DNA of 64,000 bases from assembly GCF_041956535.1 (NCBI RefSeq), contig NW_027192215.1, positions 427,668 through 491,667 on the forward strand, written 5' to 3'. Both the position numbers and the translations under genes were made by a program. The notes under the pieces are model-generated. The model ran no database searches. It saw nothing but the letters and a program-made list of their open reading frames with translations, and had not been told where the DNA came from. Source of the stretch: Calcarisporiella thermophila CBS 279.70 (taxonomy: Eukaryota; Fungi; Calcarisporiellomycota). This document shows positions 35,973 to 49,684 of this stretch, in pieces. Position 1 is the stretch's first letter. Each line of letters starts with the position of its first letter.

Positions 35973-38372
35973 GGTTGAGTTGAACAACTATATATCCGGA
36001 AATGAAGAGAGTAAAAGGAAAGATGGCAAATAGCCCCCCTCCCTTTTCACTAGAAGCACATTAGAAAACATGGCGATTACTGCCGCTACATAAAATGTGG
36101 ATGCATTTTTACCGATATTCACCTACTCGCTTCGTTAATTGGACTGCGAAAGCTTCTCAGCTAAGAGGTGTATAGTAATGGGTCAAGCGACGAAACAATC
36201 CTGGAATTCGAGACGGTAAAAATGGCGAAAGGACTTCAGCATCTCTTCGAAGAAATCTACTGTGCTACAGCTCATAGATATTAGATTTCAACAACAACTT
36301 ATTTCTCCAAATGTAAAATAAAGTCTAGATTTTCCTGAAAAACTATCATATTTCCAATCGCTGACTTTCAAAATAGAACTATTACAACTATACTTGTCAA
36401 TTTTGCCATTCAAAACTAAGTTCGGTCAGGCCATGTCGTAAATCATGCCTCACACTATGAGGCTCCATAAAATGTCGTATTGAATATATTTGAACCGCGT
36501 TGTTTTAATTGGCAGCCCAATGATAATTCAATATAATATATTGATTGTCAAAGTATTATTTGGTTCAGATGCACGAAACTTGAAGTGATAACTTGGGCCA
36601 GAATTTCTATGTTACTCAAGGATGTATTAAGCTACTACGGGTGCTTGTGAAATAGACAGAGATGCAGGGGTAGTAGAAAAATCAAAAATACTATTTACCG
36701 AGCGTAAGTATAATCTATGGCTTTTGACGAGGATGCTGATGGTGGCAACCTTCTTTTCCTTTGTACTCTTTTAACCTAAGTATAAGCTATACTTTCTTAC
36801 CAAAATTTTATGTTATAGTCAACATTAATGAGAGAAAGAGCTAAACTGATGCGAAAATATAAAGTATAGCCGATGAATATACAACAAAAGTTGTCAAAGG
36901 TAATAACTTTCAGTTAGAATTTTGGTCGGGAAATATTTAATACCAATCCTATAAACTTGTCTTGAGTTCCACTTAGTCAAGCCACATAATTTTGCCACTT
37001 GTTTTTCGCGTGTTTGCCCAAAAAAAACTTGGTCGGCCACCAGATCCAACTGTGCGAATCCAACTTACTCCTTGCAAAATCATCCCGCTTATTCGTGTTC
37101 GACCGTCCATTTCCTGAAGATGTGACGTTCAAACTTGAGTGACATCTCTAAGATGAGGAGACTATACAAATTAGTAGAGATTGCCACGTAAATTGCATCA
37201 CATTAATGAAATATATGTGAGGTATTTCTAGATGATATCAGAGCCATTCTTACCCTTCTATTTCAATTAATGTCAAACATTTCTAGCTTTCTTGACAGAG
37301 GTAAAGGAGCCAATGGAAGGTGACAACACGATGTAAGTTTTCCTTGAAAATGGAACATCACAAATTCGTCTTTTCAGGGATAGAAAATAAAAAAAAGAAT
37401 ATGAAGGGTAAATTATACTATTTGCATTTATTTCCGCTGCAGTCCATAGTTTATTCCCTTGCTTTATTTATGTAGAAGCTATGAAATTTATTATAGAATA
37501 CGGGAATGACCAAAGAAATGTTGATCAAAGATTTACCAGATCTAAGAAAAGAATCAGAAGAAAATGAGGCAGAGAAAATGAAAAGTACATATTGCATGAT
37601 TACTCTACAAATTGTCTATTTAATATTATATTTGGTTTACAGTAAAAAAGAAAAAAAAATATCTGAAAACGATCGGCTGACAAACGTTGAACTAGGAGTG
37701 GCTAGAGAAGCCTTAGGAATTACCTAAAGGACTCTCACAATACAGATCACAATATTATATTCTACTAGCAATGATGCCATAGTGAATGATGGGATTCCGG
37801 TGATACGGTCATACCATTTGTTACGATACAACGAAATTAGGCACAGAATTTGGGTTACGGCAAAACTCGAATAAATGCGAACATTACCGTTAGGATCTCT
37901 CTCCTGCATATTTGCAAGCGCCCTCTGTATTCGACTGGCTTTCCTCCAACATCCCCACTGGTTGAATGGGTTATTGAACAGCTAATGCCCACCTCCTCTT
38001 ACTTGGAAAATGTCTAATCTTTCTCCGTCTTAAATTATTCTCGTGGTTTTTCCTGTATTGAAGACTCTTAGGCAGAGTTTAGTGAGTTTAGTTACAGCTA
38101 CTTCTCACAGGGATGGGGAGCATGTGAGGCGACGAGTTTCATACCGGATATTCTAAGAACACCACGACAATCACTATATTATGCTCTGTGTCAGCCTTTG
38201 CCATCGTTTCTCATTCCGTGTCCTCGCGGTTGCATTCGTTCAGCCATAGTATTCAAATGCTACAGTATAATTATTTATTTCTTAGCTTAACGGTGAACAG
38301 AAAAATCTTAATCGTATTCTCCAATAAATCCTTTTTTATTAATAACATTGGTCGCGTTAACTATTGATCCAC

Positions 38373-39494
38373 TCACAAGTCAGATTTGATAAAATGAGAG
38401 GGCGAAGCGTTTGAATCTTTCAGTTTGTCCAACCATTCATCCAAGTATGCATTCACTAGCTCCGGTTTTTCCCACAATATCCAATGCCCAGAATCTTCAA
38501 TCACCTTGATCTCCACATTGGGGATAAATTTCTGCATCCCTTCCAACATCCTAGGTGGCAGAGCTACATCCTTGCCTGCACCAACCATCAGTGCTTTGTG
38601 CGAGATAACCGGGTCTAGGTCCTTACACTGTTCCCAGTTGATTTTGGTCAACTTATACCAGTTGAGGCCACCACGAAATCCTGATTTTTTGTACTGGTCG
38701 ATATAATAATCGAGAACCTGTTGGGGAAGAATACTTGCTTTGGGAATATCAGCAGGCTTATCTCCCAATATCGTTTTCTTTTCGCGGTTGTAGAAAGAAG
38801 TGGAAGCTGTGCCTGGTGGTCGAAGCATAAAACGAAAGAATAAATCCGGATTAGATGTGAACTCGGCCTCAGCTTCGGGAGTGATAAGGTATGCTTGGTA
38901 GTCAAAATTAGGATATTGTTGGATAATGTCTTCTAAAGGCACATATTCTTTAGACTGGGGTCTGTATGGTGTGCAGAAACTGGCTACTGCGATGACTCGT
39001 TCGGGGTAAAATTGAGTAAAGCGCCAAACGACTGAACCTCCCCTAATTCATTGATGTAAATTTTAGCATGAAATTGATCGAGTTGGGTAAAAAAAAATCA
39101 CGACTAGAGTGCAATAAAGGCACCAAACTTATACTGATAAAAAAAATAGATATATATCTTACCAATCATGACCCAATAAGATAACCTTAGGGATGTTTAA
39201 GTGATCTAATAACGAAGCAATATCTTTCGAAATGACTCCAAAGCCATATTCACGGTAATCGGATGGTGCTTCAGTTTGACCAAAACCTCTCATATCAGGT
39301 ACTATAACACGATAGCCCTTCTTGGTTAAGAAGGGAATTTGATGTCTCCAGCCGTACCATAAATCCGGCCAGCCATGGCAACATAAAATGACATTTGTGC
39401 TTTGGGGGTTTTCATCCACATAATGCATGCGGATGCCATTCACTTGTGCGATATGATGGTGAAAGGTTGAAGGGTCGAGGATATCAAGAGCCAT
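38373..39494 (-). CDS. Soluble epoxide hydrolase-like alpha/beta hydrolase (intron 39043-39162)
   Basis: HGWP oxyanion motif, PDMRGFG, spliced GHDWGG nucleophile motif, GFRGGLNWY, SGHWILWEKP. Confidence 0.93.
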
Positions 39495-41559
39495 GTTTTA
39501 ATAATTTAAAACTTTGTTTTTCAGATTGTATTTAAAAACGTTGAGTAATTTGTTTGGAGACGTGAGACACTACAGAGCAAGTAAAAAAATTTATAGCTAC
39601 AGTGATGGTTAATTCTCGGTTATTTATTCTAAATGCGATGAAGTAATTGCTTAAAATGGCACCATCGTGGGGTTGAACAATGCTTTTCATCGGAATTATG
39701 CTGCCGAAAATTGGTAATTTAAGATTATAGGCTGTACTTTGTACTGTGACATTTCATTTTGCCGACGTATGAAAGACTGCGATGTAGACTTTGACCATTT
39801 ACATAAGCATAACAATAGTTTAGCCGTAGTTATTAACTTTGATTAGTACAAATAATATTTGTGCAAATTGTAATATAGTTACAAACACAACAATTAGTAA
39901 TATTGTAATTTACACATCCCCTTTTCAAAACTGCGCCTATTTTTAGTAATTCGTCGAAGGCTTAGAATTAGTAGAATTAGTCCTCAACGAATGTTAGAGT
40001 CGAGCCGAGGAATTGTTTGTCCCTAGACCGAAATTGATTGTTCCCATTAAGCAATTGCATTTATTATTCTTCTATTGTAGCCATTCCAGGCCCGGAAACG
40101 GAGTGACTAGGCGCAGTGAGACTTGAGAAGAAGGGAAATGGCTTCTTTTGTGAAAGTGTGAGATCACCTCGAATAATAAGTGAGCGATTACGCAACAGCT
40201 TCAACACAAATGGAAGACCGCGTCGAGAAAACTGACAAGAAATGTTATCAAGAATCTATCAAGGCCCACTCAGCAGTCCATCTTAATGCTGAGCTAACAT
40301 GTGAGCGAATCGCACAAGGATAAGATATTCTTCGGAAATATCGCAAGTCTTACTCATCGTTCTACTAGTCTTAGTAACGTAAGAATAGTAGAATAATGAG
40401 AAGGGTGTTCCTCAAACATCTTGCTAGAAATTATAAGAACGTCCATATATACCACTGTGATCTCCCCCTTGCATTTTCCGAGGAGGTAAACTATAAGTCT
40501 CTGAAAAACTGAAGACCGTTCTTTTGTTCAAACGGCATCCGAGTGTACTGATGCAAACCCGTATGCGTTCGAAATGCGGTTTTGGCGCGGATCTCAGTTG
40601 CAAGGGTAATCTGGCGAAAACCCGTAATGTCATCAAATGAAGTAAAATGTCTTGACCATTCTATACCCCAACCCCTCCCCGACGAAAGCGAAATGTTATC
40701 TCAGAGTTCTAGCACAACGGAAGAAATTCGGTAGCTTGTAGCAGAATATGGCTGCATAGAATGCCATCAAATCTCTGCCGATAATTACGCCAGGCGTTGC
40801 TTTTTCTACAGCCGGAAATTGGAGATCAAGCTGCATTCTGTCGCGGTCCACCGTTTTCATAGTAGCCGCAATTCCTGTTGATCCGAGTGGAACGTGATAT
40901 GCACCGAGTCTCTGGAATCCCCTTTACCTTGGTTCGAAACAATCGAGCGTGGAACCAGGGAGAAAAGGAGATCACATCGGATCAGGATGTAGCACGAACC
41001 TGTACCAGTACAAATTTGGATTGGCCTTCCGTTGGTGATTGCTTCAGTGAAAAGCGCGCTATTTAATTCGAACGCACTGGCAAAATGGATCAATACGCTG
41101 GTTTCCGTTTTAATAGTTACAAAACGGAAGATGGCTGTCATAGCAGGTGGATAAGAAAATCCACCAAATGGTTGGCCTACTTTTAGGCTCCGCCGCAAGC
41201 AAATGGACGCGGCTGTGGCTCAAAAAAAAAGTCCCAAGCCTCCTCGGCTGCCATTAAAGTTAGTGAACTGCGGCTTGTTTCGTCATCCGACACTGCAAGT
41301 TTTTGAGGGTCTCAGGCGCCTGTTCATATGCTCCTACGTCAACTTAAGAATATAATGATCCAAATTATTCGTCAAGGGAAAAAAATTGGTCGCCCACACA
41401 AGTTATCCCACCGTGCTGAAAACAGATTGTGTCGAAGTTCGGAGACAAGAATGCGAGGTGCAAGAACTTTGGAACGGGACGACTGAGCAGGGTATTTCCG
41501 AGAATATCATTCGCCAGACGCTCCACCGCAATGATTTGTAGCAAGCGTTCAGAGAAAAA

Positions 41560-41690
41560 GATCTCTTCTAAAAAAAACCGCCTCAAGAGATTGCGGCACG
41601 CAAAATATAAGGATTGGATTACTGAAGATTTGTATCGTGCAGATGAATGCCAAGTACCCATCTTTGGGAATGAAAGGCAGGAGTGATGTT
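41560..41690 (+). mobile_element. Degenerate Tc1-like transposase fragment
   Basis: RLKRLRHAKYKDWITEDLYRADE resembles ARKYKDWTVDDWKRVVFSDE of the Tc1 at about 59.6 kb. Confidence 0.55.
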
Positions 41691-41853
41691 AGAAAAGGCA
41701 TAACGAACTACTCAATGCACATCATATACAACGGGGGTGAAAAAAATTGGAGGTGGAAGCAAAGCAATGTGGTTACCTATTAAAAGGGCATTTGATAATT
41801 CTGTTAAGGCCATTTCAGACGTAATTGTAAAAATGAAATAATTTTAAAAAATG

Positions 41854-41861
41854 TGACGTCA
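41854..41861. promoter_or_regulatory. Perfect CRE palindrome TGACGTCA about 70 bp upstream of the CRN ATG
   Basis: Motif seen directly; function inferred. Confidence 0.35.
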
Positions 41862-41933
41862 TAAAATTATACGATAAAATTAAGCTAAATTATATCACAT
41901 TATCTTTATATATTCGAACGCTTATGTTATAAT

Positions 41934-44484
41934 ATGAGGGTTTTTTGTGTGTTATATAAACGAGAAGAAAGGCTGTCTGATTCGTTCAGTGTGGAGATCG
42001 ATGAATCTAACATCGTCGAGGATCTCAAAGAGAAAATCATGGAAAAACAAAAGGAACAATTTGAAAACCTCTCCTCTTCGTCGATCTACCTTTGGAAGAT
42101 CGAGTATTCTTATAATGAGTTGATACAACTTATTGACAATTTCGATGCGATCAAGAAAGAGCGATTGTCTGCTGAAGCTGAGATCAGTGATATCTTTCCA
42201 GAGCCTCCCCCCAAAAAATGTATACACATTATAGTTGAAATTCACACAGGTACAAAATATTTCATAGTATCATTTTTTGTGAAATATTTTCTTATGTCTT
42301 GTGTCTCTGTCTTATTTTTGTGACAATAATTATTTGCATTTGAATTAGAATTACTAGTACTAAAATTATTTTAACCTAACACTAGTGGGCTCCAGAAAAA
42401 TGAATATAGAAAGTGCTTTTCCCAATGGTAATTATATATGATGACGATTGAAATTTGAATATATTTATGTTATACTTATATTTGCTTCTCTTGGTTAATT
42501 GATAACAGGCCTCCCCTACGAGAGACCAAAGCCTTTACTCAGAACTATCGGTTTGGCTTGGGAGTATCAGCCAGCTCCTAATCTATACTCAATACTACAA
42601 AAAGAGCTTCTAACACATATCCAATACTATCAAGGTGGACACATTGATAAAACCACAATGCCACTGTATCTTTTTCTCTCAGGCGCAGGCACCGGAAAAT
42701 CACGAAATGCAACAGAGTTCCACCGATCGCTATTAGAATGCTTACCAGAGGAGCAGTTAGAACTAAGGAGTAAAATTCGTGATGCATGGGTTTTTCACGT
42801 CAGCTTGGAAAATGGTAGCTCAATAATTGATGGGCTAGAGCCAGACGCTTACCTAGCCATTGGCACTCGGATGCTTTGGCAACTTTTGCCCGAGTCAAAA
42901 TTAACACAGGTCATCAATAAATATAAAGCACCAGACCCTACAAGCGTTATAGAGTTGGTTGCAAAATTTGAAGGGATAGATCCGAACGAAGCTACAATTA
43001 TCTTAGTCGTCGATGGTTTACAATCTCTCCTAGTAAAAGACAGCGATGGTTTGGACGAAAATTCCGTTTTTTACAAGACCTTGGCAAATATTGCGGATCT
43101 TGCGATTGGTGGAATGTTTCTAATACCATGTTGCACTTCAACAGTCTTTGGTCCAGTCGATAGTTATCTGAGAAGTACACATCGGCATCGCGTATATCTT
43201 CCAGTGGCGTCTTTATCTCCTCCAATCATTCGACGTGGAAATACCCGAATACATGCATTCCAAGAAGATGATTATATCATGAGCATTCTTGTTAGCGACT
43301 GTTCAGGGCATGGGAGAGCACTTGAGGCACTTTATGAGGCATTAAATAAGGTCAATCTCGAAGAAGACAATATTGAAGATTTGATGCATGAGCTATTTTA
43401 TATGATTAAAGCACGATATAGCGAGGCAATTAGAATTTCTGCTCCGGAAGCTAATGCTGTTGTGCGGGCGATCCTTTCCCATCGTTGTTTACATGCAGAT
43501 GAGATTGTCCCAGGCACAAACAAGAAACCACATCAATTAGCACAGCCTGGGCTAATTCGATTTGATTTATACGACGACTCTTCCACTGGATATCTCAATG
43601 CGCCATATATATGGATATGGGTTTTGGCACGAATTATTCCCCCAGGTGCTGATTTAATCCTCCGGGATTGGAAATTTTGCGATTACGGTGAGATGAGGTC
43701 TAAAATGGATCCAAGATCACCTCCAGGTGCTCAGTTTTGGCAACATTTTGAATATTTTGTCGCATCGTTTCGCTGCTTGAAATCGCGGGCATATGAGGAA
43801 GGAGAGTTGAGGGACGTTTCAGACATTCATAAAGGAGCACGTTTAAAGGCAGGTGTAAAGATTATAAACCACCACTTGAGTTTAGAATGCGCTAGCCACT
43901 GGGAAAACACGAGGTCATGTGATCGCCTACCTGGTAATTGGGACGTTAAATGCGAATATAAAACTGTTAATATTAGGGAAGGCAGGCATTGTGTACTTAA
44001 CGGATCCTCCGCATCATACGGGGACTCTTTCTTGGGATTAAAACTCGAATCTGAGAATGAATGTCTCAACGAGGTTCACCAATACAAGCATTTTAATGTG
44101 TCACGGATCAGCAAAGAGCTTTATCAAAGAGAACGAGATAAAGCTGCATCACATCGAGATATTTTTGTTCTTTATACGACAGCTGAAGTTGGGAATATTG
44201 AGCTTCCAGAACGCTCTGGAATTGTTGACAAAACGAGTTGGCTTGAATATTTTGGACCATTTGCAGGCAGAGCGTATCGGTTTGCGGTTGTTGGCCCTCT
44301 GGATATTAACAAAGCAAATCGAAGAGACATCCTTCGAGTTGACGGAATTGGTCAATCTTATGCAGAGCGTATAATCAATAAGCGACCATTCAAGGATTTG
44401 GCAGACGCAATGGCGAAAACAGAAATACCAGAGATTCTGTTGAAAAAGTTTAAATTTTCAAATCATTCACAGGACGAAATATAA
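41934..44484 (+). CDS. Crinkler (CRN)-type protein: ubiquitin-like header + P-loop NTPase + PD-(D/E)xK-like nuclease + C-terminal helix-hairpin-helix; intron 42250-42508; 763 aa
   Basis: Header VFCVL...FSVEID...VEDLKEKI...YLWKI...IHIIVE; in-frame splice G|GC; Walker A SGAGTGKS, Walker B ILVVDG; GDSF...EVHQYK; LDINKANRRDILRVDGIGQSYAERIINKRPF. Confidence 0.88.
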
Positions 44485-46076
44485 AGGTAGAGTGCCTTCG
44501 AGATGTTTCCAGATACTCCCTTAATTTTAAAATACAATGAATTATATCAACTCTACTAATATTTCTATTAAAAATAAATATTGTAGCTTTTGTAAATATT
44601 TACTGGGAGCTCTGAAAAATACAGATCAATTTGAACCAAACTTTAGCGAGAACTATTTCTTATCTGAAGCCCAAGCGGAGATAGACCCAGTAAGTTGAGC
44701 CGGTAATATAGGTGTTACTACGAAGAATTCGGATTGAGATGGAGACCGAAAATGAAAATGAGAATGAAATTATGTGGACAATCCACATATTCAAAGGTGT
44801 AGTAAGATTTTATATTTACGTGGCGATAAATTTCACTTTGTACACCATATTAAACACTTGTTATTTCTGCCCACACACCGCATTTTTTTTTTTTTTAGAA
44901 TTCTATGCATCATGTTACTCACTGTCAAGTGCACGAATCCCAGAAAATCTCAAAGGGAAAATGAAAAATTAGAAAGATGCGCAGATGATTGTTTGTTTTT
45001 TTTTTTTTTTAGCGCCCAGATCAATGAATGTATCATTCAGATTAAAATAAATGAAATTAAACGACATAAAAGAAATATATCTTGATATGTGAGTTTGAGT
45101 TGGACAATAAACATCAAATTTGTGCAATATATTTCATTCTTCCTAAATAAGATACGTCCATTAATTACGTCATTTGAATTATATTATGCCTCTCTCTTTG
45201 TTGGCATGTACTATTTCATTGGTCTCCAATTAATATTGGAGAAAGGAAGAAATGATGTGAATTAGTATATTTCTTAGACAATATATAGTAGAGTTGCAAT
45301 ACATATATAACAATGTGATATTTACAGGCTAATTATTAGAAAAGTTAAACGCCAGCGAGTAGTAGTATGCTCCATTAGCAATAAAGAGGATTGTAGCAGA
45401 TGTTAAGATACTTAAAGTCAATTGATGAAACAGTAATGATAAGAGCAAATAAGAATATATTTCAACATCCAACAGATTCACTTCATTAGAGAAAAAATAC
45501 TACTTACTATCTATTAGAGACACATATATGGTACAAACTAGAAATATATATGATTAAGGCTCAGCAGATTGATCATATTGATTATGGTAGTTGATTTAAG
45601 CTGTTTTTATATAATTCGCCTTAATCTCTTGCATTTTAACTTGGAACCCATCCTGCTCAAGATTTAAATACCATCCCTGGAAGTGAAGTATGAAAGCCGA
45701 CCAGGAAAAGCCTCCCAGATGGAAAAAATTCTTTATAAAAAAGTTATTTCTATGTGGCTATTATTTAATGTAACTATTAACAGCCCTCGATGCCATATGA
45801 ATTGCTTTGATTTTTCGTATTGGTCTTTTAAAAATACAAAAGTAGTGTGCCTCTTAGTTCCAATACTGCACAATTACTCTGATCGTTTTTTCAGCTTATA
45901 AATTTAGCATAGTGCCTGTATTTTTTAGATTGATCTTTATATAGTGTAATACAAATGGAAACCTTCAAAAACTAAGATTACAAAATTATACAGATACTGC
46001 GGAATGCATGATGCCAATCATAAGTATTTTATCAATCCATACATAATGAACATTATTCACAGCGTTCATTTGCTGG

Positions 46077-47311
46077 CTATTGTGGAAGCTTCCAATTGAT
46101 CTTACGAAGAAACTCTTCAAAAGTTAGATATTTAATGCCGACGATCCGACTCTCCTTAATATTTGCTCCCGAGAATAACCCGAAATCGTTAATATACTCA
46201 AACCTACATCCAAATTATAAAGTTATCAAACCAAACCAAAAAAAAAACCGAGTTCAAAATATTATCCTCCTTTACATTTCTCGCAAATCCTCATTACTAG
46301 CAAGAAAAGGTATTTCCTTTGGAAGCTCCTGAGGGGAAACATATTGATACTTGATTGGATGACCAGCAACTTCAGAATTTGGTAGAGTAAGTAAACAGTA
46401 CAGAATAAACATTCGTAAATATTCTCCCACCTTTTGCCATTATTTCAGTCACTTCAGGTATTGTATACGCTTCGCTAGTTACGTCTAGGGTCTTCCCAAG
46501 GTACTGCTCACGATTAGCAAGAATTTGGACAACTACTGGCTAGATTCAAATCGAAGTTTAGCATGCGATTATCTAGGTATGTGTGAAATACTTACCCCAA
46601 TGTCCATGCTCGCTGAGACCATTGGCACTTTTGTGGTAGGTCTAAACATTGATTTAAAAACATAGGAGCCATCCTCTTGCTTTTGGGGTCCAAGAGAGCC
46701 CAGATTGTTTTCATAGTAATAAGCGATTCTAACTCCAGTGTAAGGAAGTCCGATTTTTTTTATATGTTCCAATACATGTGCCTTGCCATTAAAATGATAA
46801 ACCTTCGAGTATTTTCCTTTGGATACCTCTTTGGCATCTTCCAATGCACTATATTAAGTTGTGTGAGAGCTGGGTATATAGTAAATAAAGTTTAGTTGAA
46901 TATACCTAAAAATAAAATGTTGAACCCCCATTTTCTTTGCCACGTCAGCTATCAGTTTGCCTTGTTCTTCTTCTTGTACGTGATTCTTCAGTGAGTGATC
47001 ATAATAATTGGTGACGGCAAAAACCCCATACGCGTTAGAAAATGCACGTGTAAGATCATCCTCCTTGTTCAAATCTCCTTGAATCAATTCTACTCCTTTT
47101 TTTTCTAATTCTTTTGCATTTTTGGAGTCAGGGTTTCGAGTGATAGCACGAAGGTGATACTTATCAGATTGTTGAAGTAGCGAATTGATAACAGAACCAC
47201 CTTATGGACGAAAGTAAGTATGGGTAATAAAAATAAGGGTAGAAAGGAGAGATTACCCTGAGTACCAGTGGCTCCACATACGACAATAATAGGTTTTGAT
47301 GGAGAAGGCAT
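46077..47311 (-). CDS. NmrA-like NAD(P)-binding protein, multi-exon
   Basis: IVVCGATGTQG/GS, LRAITRNP, GDLNKEDDLTRAFSNAYGVFAVTNY, EEEQGKLIADVAKKMGVQHFI, HFNGKA. Confidence 0.92.
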
Positions 47312-48115
47312 TATTATTTGGATCTAACTTACCGCTGCCTACTGAAGTAGATAATTTATACTTTATTAACTTACGCCCGAGATTAGAATATATAATAACA
47401 TACACCCAATGTAAGCATTAAAAATCAAAATTTGCCCAGCTCGGTCTACCTAGGGGTTAAATGGAACACAGCGGTTGAAATTGCCAAATATGTGTATTGA
47501 TTCTCGCAGATTTTTCACTGAAATCGGCGATTCTTGATCAGGAGGATACTACTCGAGACACAACTCTCTAGGCCATGACATTGACATGAAGTTTTCCCCA
47601 AATGATTCGATGATAGCCATGTTTATTTATAATTTTTAATTATTTTTATCATTTTTAGATTATCTCAGATCATTTCTTTAGATCATTTCATCATCAAATC
47701 ATATCCTTTGACTATTCAATTCCCTCAGTTAATATTTCTGTAATTACTGCGTACAAACTATAGCTGCCAACAAACATCAAAACGAATTCTATTCTCCATT
47801 TTTACGTTTTTAATCAATATGAGAGAGCATTGGATAGACGTCATTTGCCACCCCTCTCTATTATTGTCGATGGCGAAAAATAATATGAGATCGTATATAT
47901 TTATATGAGAACAACAACATAACTCATTAACGTTAAATATCCAAAATCTCTTAACCAAAAACCGTATTTTCAGAGCATCTCTAAACTCTTTGCTGAATTA
48001 ACTGATAATCGAATACATAATTGTGTAACGAGCAGGTTTTAGTAACAATAAAATGCCGATGCATAATAATATCGATTGAAGAGTAGATTAAGGACTTAGG
48101 TAGGCGAATGGGAGT

Positions 48116-49684
48116 CTAGACAATTACGTCCTCCAACGGTAGATGCGGATGATATCCAACTATTCATATGCCATGGTCAATAAGATGAATGTGAGGAGAA
48201 AAATATATATAAGGGCAGATATTTCCTTACAAAAGATGCATCCATTGATAGCTGCTAGAGCTCGTTCTGTGGTGGTACGCTCCAACATCAGCTCAAGCAG
48301 TAGGCATTTAGCGTAAGGGCAATCAGGATCGATAATAAATGGATACTTTCTGTAAAGACTGGGGTCTAGAAGATAAGACTGAGGCAGCTATCATGTAGGG
48401 AGAAGAAAATGGCCATTGGTGCTGGATAGGATATCATTTACAAACGTACTTACTAGTGGATCTCCACGACATGCTATCCTAGTGTACAAGTCACAAAAAA
48501 ATTCGGTCGTGTCATAATGTCCAATATTGATAATCAATCGATCTCGCCAATAGGCACTTGGTATTAAATCGATGCGTTTATCATGCGCAACCTCTAATTG
48601 TAAGCTTGTGGGTTCCAAACCCGGCCAATTGATTTCATCAGACTTGAAGCATTGCCAGAGGAATAATGCAGCTTCATTCATATTCATTCCTTTTTTTAAA
48701 ATATTGAAGTTCCCTATTATGCCAAGAGCAAGCCCTAGGCTTTCCTGGGGAGTCAGGCAATTTCTCCGTGATTTCAAGTTTAATATCGAGAGGAGTAGGA
48801 TGAGAAGCCAAGTGCTCTTCTGCCGAAATTTCCATTGTAGAGGCATTATTAGATTCGGAGATTTCAGGGCTTAAGCCCATGGGATCTTGAAAATTCAGAG
48901 GAGAAAGCGAAAACTCTGATTCAAGAGAACTCGGTTGTGCTGTTTCGACTGGGGAAAACTTTCCAGCTGCAAATAAAGAATGCTGGTTTTCTTCCAATTG
49001 CGAGACTGTAGCCATTTTGTCATCAATGCGATGAATATCTTGCTCTTCTTCCTTCAGTATATTTACACGCGGCTGAGTTTCAGTTGAGTACTTTGCGCTA
49101 CTATTTTGATCAGTGTTCGTGGATTTAGACGCCATATATATAAATTCATAGGGTTGGAGGAAGTATTGAATATTCTCGGAGGATAAATTGGAATGAGCGA
49201 GCAATTGAGATGGGAGTGTAGGGGCGTTTTTTACCCATTGTGAAAATTGCTCATCCACCTTTGATATTGGAACATTATGCTGCGATAGCACGAAATTGAA
49301 GGCCTCGAACACTTGTCGTAGATAAAGGCTCTGCATCTTTAAATCGTACACTGTATTCCTGAGGTACTGGATAATGCACACCTGCGTCCGGTTCCGCTCC
49401 TCCGGATCTTGCAACCGGTGTTGATTGTTTTCCATATTCATTTTGGAGGAATGCTTGTATATTTTACGATACTGGATAGCTCGGGGCTTAGGCTTCCGGC
49501 CGCGTTTCTTTTTCGGAGGGGATGAATTTGAGTCTATAGAGAGACTAGCATGGTAAGTATCGTACAACGGCTTTTCATCGATAAAAACAATGGGAACAAA
49601 TCCAGATCCATCTGTTGCTGATGATGATTTCTTTATCACGGCTCGTTTGGAATTAGGCATTATGTTTATGCAGACAGAACGCAT
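48116..49684 (-). pseudogene. Paralog of the 22123 bZIP-like/DUF3425 gene with a frameshift
   Basis: Colinear protein and intron positions; extra A in an A7 run at about 48691-48697 breaks the frame; zipper Leu to Pro change (RLQDPEE). Confidence 0.75.

Noticed and set aside
40086-40106. CAGGCCCGGAAACGGAG resembling SRP RNA helix 8
   Set aside because: Lacks the conserved AGCA, has an extra base, and no Alu domain or long helix is visible
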